A program made the position numbers and the translations under genes. Positions 9,036 to 17,830 of a DNA stretch of 64,000 nucleotides are shown here, piece after piece (positions within the stretch are counted from its first letter, which is position 1; every line of letters starts with the position of its first letter). The notes beneath the pieces were generated by a model. It worked only from the letters and a program-made list of their open reading frames with translations, was not told the DNA's origin and made no database searches. The stretch comes from Mogibacterium sp. (GTDB taxonomy: Bacteria > Bacillota > Clostridia > Peptostreptococcales > Anaerovoracaceae): positions 5,595-69,594 of the forward strand of contig JAFRGD010000024.1 of NCBI GenBank assembly GCA_017433975.1. The letters run 5' to 3'.

Positions 9036-10484
9036 ATGCGTAAGAGCGGCATATTATTACCTGTATTCTCACTCCCCGACCCGCACGGCAAGGGGTGTTT
9101 TTCTGCCGCGGCGTATGACTTCATCGACAAGCTCGCCGCCGCGGGGCAATCCTACTGGCAGGTCCTTCCGATCACCATCGCAGGCAAGGGCGACTCCCCG
9201 TACTCCCCGCTCTCCTGCTTTGCAGGGGAACCGCGAAAAATCGACCCGGAGACGCTCGTCCGCAAGGGCCTGATCTCCGCGGACGATACGGGACTGGGTC
9301 GAACCGCCATGCTCCGCAAGGCGTTCGCGGCGTTCCGCCAGGGAACCGGATCGCAGGCCTTCCAGGTCTTTTGTACGGACAATGCGGTCTGGCTGGACCG
9401 TTTCGCGCTCTATGCCGCGCTGCGGGACAAATTCCACCGCCAGCCGTGGATCGACTGGCCGGAAGAATACCGCACGAGGCAAGCCGACGCGATCGAAGAA
9501 GCGCGGGTTGTTTTCGCGGAGGATATCCTTTATCACAAATGGGTGCAGTTCGAATTCGACGCGGAATGGCAGGCGCTCCGGTCCTACGCACATGGGAAAG
9601 GCATCGACATCATCGGCGACATCCCGATCTACGCGTCCTACGAGAGCGCGGACTGCTGGGCTTCGCCGCACCTCTTCAAGCTGAATGCGGAGCTCCGCCC
9701 GGAGACCGTCTCCGGCTGCCCGCCGGACGACTTTAACGCCGACGGACAGATCTGGGAAAACCCGATCTACGATTGGGACGCGATCCGCGCAGACGATTAC
9801 AACTGGTGGGTCGCCCGGATCCGCCGGATGTTCCACCTCTATGACGTCGTCCGCCTCGACCACGCGCGGGGCTTTGAGTCGTTCTATCAGATTCCGGTCT
9901 CGACGATGCGGGCCGCGGACGGCTGGTGGACCAAGGGTCCGGGGTCGGACTTCTTTGAAGCGATGGACCGCCGCCTCGGCAAGTGCCGGTTCATCGCCGA
10001 AGACCTCGGCTACATGACGCCGGAGGTCGAGGAGATGATCCTCCGCGCGGGCCTTCCGAACATGAAAATCGCCCAGTTCGGATGTGAGTCCGGGGTGGAC
10101 AGCGACCACCGCCCGGAGAACGTACTCGAGCGTAGCATCATTTACACCGGAACCCACGATAACAACACCACGGTCGGCTGGTACGAGACCCTCCCGGCGC
10201 AGTGGATGCGCGATAATGTGGACAGCTACGTCCGGTATTATCTGGGGCGGTCGGACTATACCGCGGTGGACGTCTGCGACCTCCTGATCGAACGGTCGAT
10301 GGCGAGCCGCGCACGGCTCTGCATCATCCCGATGCAGGACTACCTGCACCTCGGCAGCGAAGCCCGGGTCAACGTCCCTGGCGTCTCCGAGGGCAACTGG
10401 CAGTGGCAGATGGCAGGCGGCGCCTTTACGGACGAGCTCGCGGCGCGGATCCTCACGCTGACCAAAGAATCGGGCCGGATTTGA
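9036..10484 (+). CDS. malQ: 4-alpha-glucanotransferase (amylomaltase, GH77)
   Basis: 482 aa. It shows GILLPVFSLP, SPYSPLS, VRLDHARGF and THDNNT, all classic MalQ motifs. Confidence 0.93.
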   Translation: MRKSGILLPVFSLPDPHGKGCFSAAAYDFIDKLAAAGQSYWQVLPITIAGKGDSPYSPLSCFAGEPRKIDPETLVRKGLISADDTGLGRTAMLRKAFAAFRQGTGSQAFQVFCTDNAVWLDRFALYAALRDKFHRQPWIDWPEEYRTRQADAIEEARVVFAEDILYHKWVQFEFDAEWQALRSYAHGKGIDIIGDIPIYASYESADCWASPHLFKLNAELRPETVSGCPPDDFNADGQIWENPIYDWDAIRADDYNWWVARIRRMFHLYDVVRLDHARGFESFYQIPVSTMRAADGWWTKGPGSDFFEAMDRRLGKCRFIAEDLGYMTPEVEEMILRAGLPNMKIAQFGCESGVDSDHRPENVLERSIIYTGTHDNNTTVGWYETLPAQWMRDNVDSYVRYYLGRSDYTAVDVCDLLIERSMASRARLCIIPMQDYLHLGSEARVNVPGVSEGNWQWQMAGGAFTDELAARILTLTKESGRI

Positions 10485-10500
10485 AATCAACCGAAATATT

Positions 10501-10541
10501 AAAAAAGGCGGTTCCTTCGCATGGGAACCGCCTCTTTGTTT
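10501..10541. terminator. Bidirectional terminator between convergent malQ and the phosphoglucomutase gene
   Basis: Perfect 10-bp stem aggcggttcc/ggaaccgcct with an 8-nt loop, flanked by AAAAAA on the 5' side and CTTTGTTT on the 3' side. Confidence 0.85.
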
Positions 10542-10552
10542 GCTCAGAAAAC

Positions 10553-12307
10553 CTATACGCTGAGGAGCGCCAGGCTCTTTTCGATGATCTTTTCGACCTT
10601 GGCGTCCGCGTCCTCGACGCTCTCGCCGCGGGCCATCACGTACAGCTTGATCTTTGGCTCGGTGCCGGACGGCCGGATCGCACAGGTCCCGTCGCCCTCG
10701 AGCGTAAAAATCAGGACGTCGCTCTGGCCGAGGCCGATCGGCTTGGTCTCGCCGGTAATCATGTTCGTCTCAATATCATTCAGATAGTCCTTGACGCCGA
10801 TGACCGGATAGCCGAGTTCGGTCGGCAGGTCCGCGCGGATTTCCGCCATGCGCTTGGTCATGCGCTGCTGCGGGTTAAAGCCGACCAGGTAGTGCGAGAT
10901 CGTCTTTTCTCTGTAATACCCGTACTTGTGATACAGTTCCTCCAGGCCCTCCGCCATGTTCATGCCGCGCGCCTTGTACCAGCAGGCCATCTCGGCGATC
11001 AGCATGGACGCGATGACCGCGTCCTTGTCGCGCGCGTAGGTGCCGGCGAGGAAGCCGATGCTCTCCTCAAAACCGAAGATGAACGTGTGGCTGCCGGTGT
11101 CGAGGTACTCGCTGACTTTCTCACCGATGTATTTGAAGCCGGTGAAGGTCGCGTCGATGTGGACGCCGTTCATCTCGCAGATGCGGTCCGCCATCGTCGT
11201 GGAGACGATGCTCCGAATCGCGGCAGCGTCCGCCGGAAGGTTCCCCTGCTCCCGCCGCACCGTGATGATGAAGTCGATCAGGAGGCAGCCGAGCTGGTTG
11301 CCGCTCAGGGCGACGTATTCGTCGCCGCGCCGCACCGCGATGCCGCAGCGGTCGCTGTCCGGGTCGGTGCCGATGATCAGGTCGTCGCCGAGTTCCTTTG
11401 CGTACTTGATGGCGAGCTCAAAGCCCTCGACGTTCTCCGGGTTCGGCGATTTGACCGTCGGGAAGTTGCCGTCGATGACCATCTGCTCCGGAACGGTGTG
11501 CACGTGCTTCATTCCGATCATGGAAAGGATCTGCGGAACCATCTTGTAGCCGCAGCCGTGGAACGGTGTGTACAGAATTGAGAAGTCATCGGCGACCTCT
11601 TTGACGTATTTCTCTCCGATGGACTCCGCAAAGACGTTGCTGATGTACTTATCGTCGACTTCTTTACCGATAATAATTATCTTGCCACTCTCGACGCCTT
11701 CGTCGAACGGGATGCGTTTGATCCCGCTGAAGATGTCCGTGCGGTCGATGGCCGCGGATACCGCGCTCGCCCGCTCCGGCGAGAGCTGCGCGCCGTCCGA
11801 CCAGTACGCCTTGTAACCGTTGTATTCCTTTGGGTTGTGGCTCGCGGTGATGTTGATGCCGGCGATGCAGCCGAGCTCGCGGACCGCGAAGGACAGTTCA
11901 GGCGTCGGACGGAGGTCGTCAAAGATGTAGGTCTTGATCCCGTTGGCCGCCATGACGCACGCGGCTTCCTCGGCGAAGAGCCGGCTGTTGTTCCGGCAGT
12001 CGTGCGCGATTACGACGCCGCCGCCGGAGTCCTCGCCGCACGTGAGGATCATCTCCGCGAAGCCCTGCGTCGCGTAACGGACGGTGTAGACGTTCATTCC
12101 CTTGAGGCCGGCCCGCATGAAGCCGCGGAGGCCCGCCGTTCCGAAGGTCATCATCGAATCAAAGCGGTCTTCGATCTGCGCCTCGTCCCCGGCCAGGGCT
12201 CTCAGCTCCTCCTTGCTCTCCTCGTCGACGACGTCACTCGAAAGCCATCTCTCGTATTCTTGTCTGTATTTTTCCAATTCGGTCACCTCAATAAAAAAAT
12301 GTGCCAA
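10553..12307 (-). CDS. Phospho-sugar mutase (phosphoglucomutase/phosphomannomutase, PgcA-like)
   Basis: 584 aa. Active-site loop TASHNPKEYNGYK and Mg loop GTDPDSDR are present. The true start may be the internal TTG near 12277 (GAGG upstream). The stop codon is TAG. Confidence 0.9.
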   Translation of the reverse strand: MAHFFIEVTELEKYRQEYERWLSSDVVDEESKEELRALAGDEAQIEDRFDSMMTFGTAGLRGFMRAGLKGMNVYTVRYATQGFAEMILTCGEDSGGGVVIAHDCRNNSRLFAEEAACVMAANGIKTYIFDDLRPTPELSFAVRELGCIAGINITASHNPKEYNGYKAYWSDGAQLSPERASAVSAAIDRTDIFSGIKRIPFDEGVESGKIIIIGKEVDDKYISNVFAESIGEKYVKEVADDFSILYTPFHGCGYKMVPQILSMIGMKHVHTVPEQMVIDGNFPTVKSPNPENVEGFELAIKYAKELGDDLIIGTDPDSDRCGIAVRRGDEYVALSGNQLGCLLIDFIITVRREQGNLPADAAAIRSIVSTTMADRICEMNGVHIDATFTGFKYIGEKVSEYLDTGSHTFIFGFEESIGFLAGTYARDKDAVIASMLIAEMACWYKARGMNMAEGLEELYHKYGYYREKTISHYLVGFNPQQRMTKRMAEIRADLPTELGYPVIGVKDYLNDIETNMITGETKPIGLGQSDVLIFTLEGDGTCAIRPSGTEPKIKLYVMARGESVEDADAKVEKIIEKSLALLSV

Positions 12308-12383
12308 AGAATTATCTCCTCAGCACATTATACCAAATTTCGTTCGATGAAACGAGTACTTTTGATGAAAAGACGGCTTCCAA

Positions 12384-13109
12384 TCAGACGAGCACCTTTG
12401 ACAGGAAACTCTTGGTCCGCTCCTCCTGCGGGTTCTCGAGGACTTCCTTCGGCGTCCCCTGCTCCACGATCACGCCCTCGTCCATGAAGATGACCTTGTC
12501 GCCGACCTCCTTGGCGAAGCCCATCTCGTGCGTGACCACGACCATCGCGAGGCCGCTCTTGGCGAGGTCCTTCATTACATCGAGTACCTCACCGACCATC
12601 TCCGGGTCGAGCGCCGACGTCGGTTCGTCAAAAAGCATGATTTCCGGGTCCATCGCGAGGGCCCGCGCGATCGCGACACGCTGCTGCTGGCCGCCGGAAA
12701 GCGACTTCGGGTAGCTCGACGCCTTCTCTGAGAGGCCGACGCGTTCGAGGAGCGCCATCGCTTTCTTTTCCGCCTCCGCCTTTGGGACGCCCTTGACGTT
12801 GATCGGTGCGCACGTGATGTTCTCGAGCACCGTCATGTGCGGGAAGAGGTTGAACTGCTGGAACACCATGCCCATCTTGGTCCGGATGGCGTTGATGTTT
12901 TCCTCTGTGACGAGCTCGCCGTCGATGTAGATCTCACCCGCGGTCGGCTCCTCCAGGTGGTTGATGCACCGGAGCATCGTCGACTTGCCCGAGCCGGACG
13001 GACCGACAATGCACAGGACCTCCGACTCGTCGACGTTCTGGTCGATGCCCTTGAGGACCTCGAGGCTGCCGAAGCTCTTATGTAGATTTTTGATTTCGAT
13101 CATGCTCAT
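12384..13109 (-). CDS. Polar amino-acid ABC transporter ATP-binding protein (GlnQ-like)
   Basis: Walker [10 protein letters not shown], signature [15 protein letters not shown] and Walker [12 protein letters not shown]. Confidence 0.93.
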   Translation of the reverse strand: MSMIEIKNLHKSFGSLEVLKGIDQNVDESEVLCIVGPSGSGKSTMLRCINHLEEPTAGEIYIDGELVTEENINAIRTKMGMVFQQFNLFPHMTVLENITCAPINVKGVPKAEAEKKAMALLERVGLSEKASSYPKSLSGGQQQRVAIARALAMDPEIMLFDEPTSALDPEMVGEVLDVMKDLAKSGLAMVVVTHEMGFAKEVGDKVIFMDEGVIVEQGTPKEVLENPQEERTKSFLSKVLV

Positions 13110-13111
13110 AT

Positions 13112-13855
13112 TTATGCACCTACCTCTCCGCTGCTGGTGGCCACGTGCCCGACGATCTGCCCGTTGCTGTCCTTGATGGTCTTCTCTTCCTTGGCCTCCG
13201 CCGCCATCTTCTTCTCAAAGTATCCGACGCCCTTGGACAGCGGAATCGTGAGGATCATGTACGCGAGCGCGACGCCGATGTATGCCTCAAAGGTGTTGAA
13301 GGTCGCCGCGTTCCAGAGCGTGCCGCGCCGCATGACCTCGATGACGCCGACGAAGCTCAGGACCGACGTCTCCTTGATCAGCGTGACGAACTCGTTGCCG
13401 ATGGCCGGCAGGATGATCTTGATGGCCTGCGGGATGATGATGAGGCGCATCGCCTGTTTGTGCGTCATGCCGAGGGACCGCGCCGCCTCGGTCTGCCCCT
13501 TGTCGACGGCCTGGATGCCGCCGCGGACGATCTCCGCCATGTACGCCGCGCTGTTCAGCCCGCAGACGATGATGGCCGGGATGATCAGGTACGGCCATTT
13601 GAAGTTGGTCCCGTGCGACTGCAGCAGTTTCGGGATACCATAGGCGAAGATAAACGCCTGTACAACCAGTGGCGTGCCGCGGACCACGTCGATGAAGATC
13701 CGCGCGATCCAGCTGATCACTTTGTTCCGGCTGAGGCGCAGCAGCGCGAACGCCAGGCCCAGGATGGCGCCGATGGCGACCGCGATCAGGCTGACGCCAA
13801 CGGTTGTCGGGATGCCCTTGCATGCGATAAGAAATCCTTGAATGTATTTAGCCAT
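13112..13855 (-). CDS. Polar amino-acid ABC transporter permease (HisM/GlnP family)
   Basis: ORF 13112..13894. GGAG lies 7 nt upstream of the ATG at 13853-13855 (MAKYIQGF), which favours that start. An EAA-like loop ([23 protein letters not shown]) is present, plus a ~40-aa hydrophilic C-terminal tail. Confidence 0.88.
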   Translation of the reverse strand: MAKYIQGFLIACKGIPTTVGVSLIAVAIGAILGLAFALLRLSRNKVISWIARIFIDVVRGTPLVVQAFIFAYGIPKLLQSHGTNFKWPYLIIPAIIVCGLNSAAYMAEIVRGGIQAVDKGQTEAARSLGMTHKQAMRLIIIPQAIKIILPAIGNEFVTLIKETSVLSFVGVIEVMRRGTLWNAATFNTFEAYIGVALAYMILTIPLSKGVGYFEKKMAAEAKEEKTIKDSNGQIVGHVATSSGEVGA

Positions 13856-13965
13856 ATTTTGCTCCATAAAAAAGAGATGTGTTACAGTATGCATTACTAT
13901 AACACATCATGAATATTTATGCAATATCGTTTTATATTATTTATGTATTATCTCAGATACAAATC

Positions 13966-14916
13966 TTAAACAAGAAGCCCCTTGACGGCCTTGACGATGT
14001 CGTCCGCGGTCATTCCGTACTTTTCGAGGAGCTCTGCCGGCTTTCCGGACTCGCCGAAGGTGTCCGCCTGTCCGACCATGGCCATGCGGACCGGGCAGTT
14101 CTGAACCACGACTTCCGCGACCGCGCTGCCGAGGCCGCCGATCACCGAATGTTCCTCGGCGGTCACGATTCGTCCGGTCTCACGGGCAGCTGCGATGACC
14201 GCATCCGCGTCGATCGGTTTGATCGTATGCATGTCGAGGACCCGGACCGAAATTCCCTCTTCCGCCAGCGCCAGCGCCGCCTTGACGGCCTCCGGCACCA
14301 TGATTCCGGTCGCGATGACCGTTGCATCCGTTCCTTCGCGGAGCACGTTCGCCTTGCCGATCTGGATGCTCTCCGCCTGCATGGACCCTTCTATGTACAG
14401 TACAGGTACAGCGGACCGTCCCAGCCGGACGTACGCAGGGCCGTTCTCCTCGATGATCTGCCAAAGGAGAATCTTGGCGCTGACCGCGTCCGCCGGGCAG
14501 ATGACCTGCATGCCCGGAATCTCGCGCATCAGGGCGATGTCTTCAAAGGTCTGGTGGCTCGCGCCGTCCTCCCCGACCGTGATGCCCGCGTGCGTCGCGC
14601 AGATTTTGACGTTCGCGTTGGTGTAGCCGACGGAGTTCCGGATGATCTCGTACGGGCGGCCGGCGGCGAACATCGCGAACGAGCTCGCGCACACGACGTG
14701 GCCGGAGAGCGCGATGCCCGCGGCCTCCGCGATCATGTCCTGCTCCGCGATGCCGCTCTGCACGAACCGCTCCGGGTAAACCTTTGCGAACATGCCCGTC
14801 TTGGTCGACCCCGAAAGGTCCGCGTCCATGACGATGAGGTCCGGACGCTTTGCGCCGGCTTCGACGAGGAACTCCCCGTATGCTTCTCTGGTCGCTTTCT
14901 TGATGATGTCAGCCAT
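13966..14916 (-). CDS. Transketolase, C-terminal (pyrimidine-binding) subunit
   Basis: 316 aa with the typical split-tkt C-subunit sequence (GIAEQDM..., GASHQ). Its ATG shares one nt with the TAA of the N-subunit gene. Confidence 0.92.
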   Translation of the reverse strand: MADIIKKATREAYGEFLVEAGAKRPDLIVMDADLSGSTKTGMFAKVYPERFVQSGIAEQDMIAEAAGIALSGHVVCASSFAMFAAGRPYEIIRNSVGYTNANVKICATHAGITVGEDGASHQTFEDIALMREIPGMQVICPADAVSAKILLWQIIEENGPAYVRLGRSAVPVLYIEGSMQAESIQIGKANVLREGTDATVIATGIMVPEAVKAALALAEEGISVRVLDMHTIKPIDADAVIAAARETGRIVTAEEHSVIGGLGSAVAEVVVQNCPVRMAMVGQADTFGESGKPAELLEKYGMTADDIVKAVKGLLV

Positions 14917-15842
14917 TATTCCGCACCTCCTTTCGCCTGTTCCGGTTCGATCGTCTTGCCGCAGAACGTCTTGTCCGTCGGCAGCGGGTGGCAGCCCTTC
15001 GGCGGCTCATACGCGCCGATCCCGGCCTCAAGGTCCCGCAACGCCTGCTCGAACTGCTCGTCGTTCGGCGCCTTGCCGTGCCAGCCCGCCTGGTCAGTCA
15101 TGAAGGACACGCCCTGGCCCTTGTGGGTCCGGCAGATGATCGCCTTTGGCTTGCGGTTCGGCTTGTTCAGTTTCTCATATGCCCCGAGGATTTCCTCAAA
15201 GTTGTGTCCGTCGATGCACTCCGTCTCGAAGCCGAACGCCTCGAACTTACCGCAGACCGAGTGGATGCTCTTGACGTCGTTGACGCGGCCGTCAATCTGG
15301 AGGCCGTTCAGATCCACAAAGACGAAGAAGTTGTCCAGCCCGCGGTGTCCGGCGGACATGGCCGCCTCCCAGACGATGCCCTCCTGGAGCTCGCCGTCGC
15401 CCGTGAGGACGAAGACCCGTCCCGGGTTTCTGTCGATCTTACCGACCGTCGCCATGCCGACCGCAGCGCTGAAGCCCTGCCCGAGCGAGCCCGTCGACAT
15501 CTCGACGCCCGGTACTCTGTGCATGTTCGGGTGGCCCTGGAACGGGCTGCCCAGCTTGCGGAGTGACATCATCTCCTCTGCATCGAAAAAGCCCCGCTCC
15601 GCGAGCGCCGCGTAAAGCGCCGGCGCCGCGTGCCCCTTGGAGAGGACGACCTTGTCCCGCCCCGCCATGGCAGGGTCAGCCGGGTCGACGTTCATGATTT
15701 CAAAATACAGCGCCGTCAGTATGTCAGCGCAGGAGAGCGACCCGCCCGGATGGCCGGAGCCGGCCGCGTGGATCGCTTTGAGTGCATTGATCCGGATGTC
15801 CTGAGCCCGTTTCTCGAGCTCCTCGCGATTGTAGTTTGTCAC
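14916..15842 (-). CDS. Transketolase, N-terminal (TPP-binding) subunit
   Basis: 308 aa with SGHPGGSLS, GHAAPALYA and GDGELQEG motifs. It carries a ~30-aa C-terminal extension. Confidence 0.92.
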   Translation of the reverse strand: MTNYNREELEKRAQDIRINALKAIHAAGSGHPGGSLSCADILTALYFEIMNVDPADPAMAGRDKVVLSKGHAAPALYAALAERGFFDAEEMMSLRKLGSPFQGHPNMHRVPGVEMSTGSLGQGFSAAVGMATVGKIDRNPGRVFVLTGDGELQEGIVWEAAMSAGHRGLDNFFVFVDLNGLQIDGRVNDVKSIHSVCGKFEAFGFETECIDGHNFEEILGAYEKLNKPNRKPKAIICRTHKGQGVSFMTDQAGWHGKAPNDEQFEQALRDLEAGIGAYEPPKGCHPLPTDKTFCGKTIEPEQAKGGAE

Positions 15843-17797
15843 TTTGCCCTCCTTAACAATTCGATGACTTCGTCCTCGGTGAGGATCGGTACCCCGTGTT
15901 CGCGCGCGGCGCGGTTCTTTTCCGACCCGGAGCCCGGGTCGTTGGTGATCAGGTAGTCCGTGCTGCCCGTCACGCTGCCGGTGACCTTGCCACCGAGCGC
16001 TTCGATCTCGTTCTTGAGTTCTTTCCGGCTTTTATAATGGACCAGCGAGCCCGTCACGACAAAGACCTTGCCGGCGAGCGCGGTTCCTTTCTCTTCGTAC
16101 GTCTGGTCGATGTCGAGCACTGCCGTGAGCCGCGCCACCATGGCTGCGTTGTCCGGGTCCGCAAAGAAAGCGGCGTAGTCCCGCGACATGACGTCCCCGA
16201 TGCCGTCGATCCCCCGCAGGGTCTCCTCGTCCAGTGAAGTGATCTGATTCCAGTCGTTCCGGCAGTGGTCCGCGATCAGGGCCGCCGTCGTGACGCCGAT
16301 GCCCGGGATGCCGAGGCTGCAGAGCACCCGCGCCGGGGTCGTATGCCGCGACGCCTCGATCGACTTCATGAGGTTATTATACGACTTGTCGCCGTAACCT
16401 TCCATCTCGATGATGGCGTTCCGGTGCGCGTCGAGGCCGTAGATGTCCGGGAAGGACCGGATGAAGCCCTTGCCGATCAGTTTCAGCAGAGTCTGCTCCG
16501 ACAGGCCTTCGATGTTCATCGCGTCCCGCGACACAAAGAGCGAGAAGCGCTTGACTTGTTTCGCGAGGCACGCCGGGTTGGTGCAGATGAGCGTCTTTGT
16601 CCCCGCGTCCTGCCGCACCGCCGTCGCACCGCCGCAGACCGGACAGACCGCCGGAATCTCCAGCCGGCCGCTCCGGGTCAGGTTGTCCGCGATCTGCGGG
16701 ATGATCATGTTCGCTTTATACACGGTAATCGTATCGCCGATGCCGAGCTGGAAGTCCTCCATGATGTTGAGGTTGTGCACCGACGCGCGGGACACCGTCG
16801 TCCCCTCGAGCTCGACCGGGTCAAAGATCGCGACCGGGTTCAGAAGCCCCGTCCGGGACGGGCTCCACTCGATCTCGCGAAGCACGGTCTCCGCCTGCTG
16901 GTCGCGCCACTTGAACGCGAGTGAGTCGCGCGGGACCTTGGCCGTCTCGCCGAGCGACGCGGCGTAGACGAGGTCGTCGTACGTCAGGACCAGCCCGTCG
17001 GACGGGATCTCAAAGGTCGGGACCCGTTCTTCAAACCGGTCGACCGCCGCGAGCAGCGTGTCGTGGTTCACGCGCACGTACTCGACCGTCTCAAACCCCT
17101 GCTCCGCCATGAACTTCATCTGGTTCTCGAGGTGTCCGCCGTTGTCGAAGCCCTCCGCCTCCCGCAGCGAGAAAGCGAAGAAGTTCACGTTCCGCTCCGC
17201 CGTGATGCGGCTGTTCAGCTGCCGTACACTGCCGCTGCAGAGGTTCCGCGGATTCTTATACTTGGCGTCCGCGTCGTCGATCGCTTCGTTGATTTTCTCA
17301 AAGTCCTTGTACTTGATGACGGCTTCGCCGCGTACGATTACGCGCCCGCGGTGCGGGATGCTGACCGGGATGTTTTTGAAAACGCGGGCGTTTTCCGTGA
17401 TGACTTCGCCGACGTCGCCGTTACCCCGCGTGACCGCCTTGGTGAGCACGCCGCCCTCGTAGGTTACGACGACCGTCAGACCGTCCAGCTTCCATGAGAG
17501 CAGGCCGTCGTGGTCCCCGAGCCAGGCCAGGAGGACGTCGCGGTCCTTGGTCTTATCCAGCGAAAGCATGCGCCGCGCGTGGCGTTCCTTCGGCAGCTCC
17601 GACTGCACCGTGTAGCCGACGTTCCGCGTCGGGCTGTTCGCCATGACGATGCCGGTCTCGCGCTCGAGCGCCTCGAGCTCGTCGTACATCGCGTCGTATT
17701 CAAAATTGGACATGATCTCCACGCCCTCGGCGTAATACGCCTTGCTCGCGCGGTTCAGGATTTCGATCAGTTCGAGGATTCTGGCTTTCTTATCCAA
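15839..17797 (-). CDS. ligA: NAD-dependent DNA ligase
   Basis: 652 aa. Adenylation motif KLDG (LSWKLDGLTVVV), Zn-finger CPVCG...C..C, HhH repeats and a C-terminal BRCT (GKVFVVTGSL). Confidence 0.95.
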   Translation of the reverse strand: MDKKARILELIEILNRASKAYYAEGVEIMSNFEYDAMYDELEALERETGIVMANSPTRNVGYTVQSELPKERHARRMLSLDKTKDRDVLLAWLGDHDGLLSWKLDGLTVVVTYEGGVLTKAVTRGNGDVGEVITENARVFKNIPVSIPHRGRVIVRGEAVIKYKDFEKINEAIDDADAKYKNPRNLCSGSVRQLNSRITAERNVNFFAFSLREAEGFDNGGHLENQMKFMAEQGFETVEYVRVNHDTLLAAVDRFEERVPTFEIPSDGLVLTYDDLVYAASLGETAKVPRDSLAFKWRDQQAETVLREIEWSPSRTGLLNPVAIFDPVELEGTTVSRASVHNLNIMEDFQLGIGDTITVYKANMIIPQIADNLTRSGRLEIPAVCPVCGGATAVRQDAGTKTLICTNPACLAKQVKRFSLFVSRDAMNIEGLSEQTLLKLIGKGFIRSFPDIYGLDAHRNAIIEMEGYGDKSYNNLMKSIEASRHTTPARVLCSLGIPGIGVTTAALIADHCRNDWNQITSLDEETLRGIDGIGDVMSRDYAAFFADPDNAAMVARLTAVLDIDQTYEEKGTALAGKVFVVTGSLVHYKSRKELKNEIEALGGKVTGSVTGSTDYLITNDPGSGSEKNRAAREHGVPILTEDEVIELLRRAK

Positions 17798-17830
17798 CGT
17801 GCGCTCCTCCCTGAGATTTATATAAATAAC

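Noticed and set aside
9069-10490. 473-aa minus-strand ORF opposite malQ
   Set aside because: malQ on the plus strand has all GH77 signature motifs. The antisense ORF is R/V/D/P-rich with no motifs.
13909-15615. 568-aa plus-strand ORF
   Set aside because: It is antisense to both transketolase subunit genes. It is a shadow ORF.
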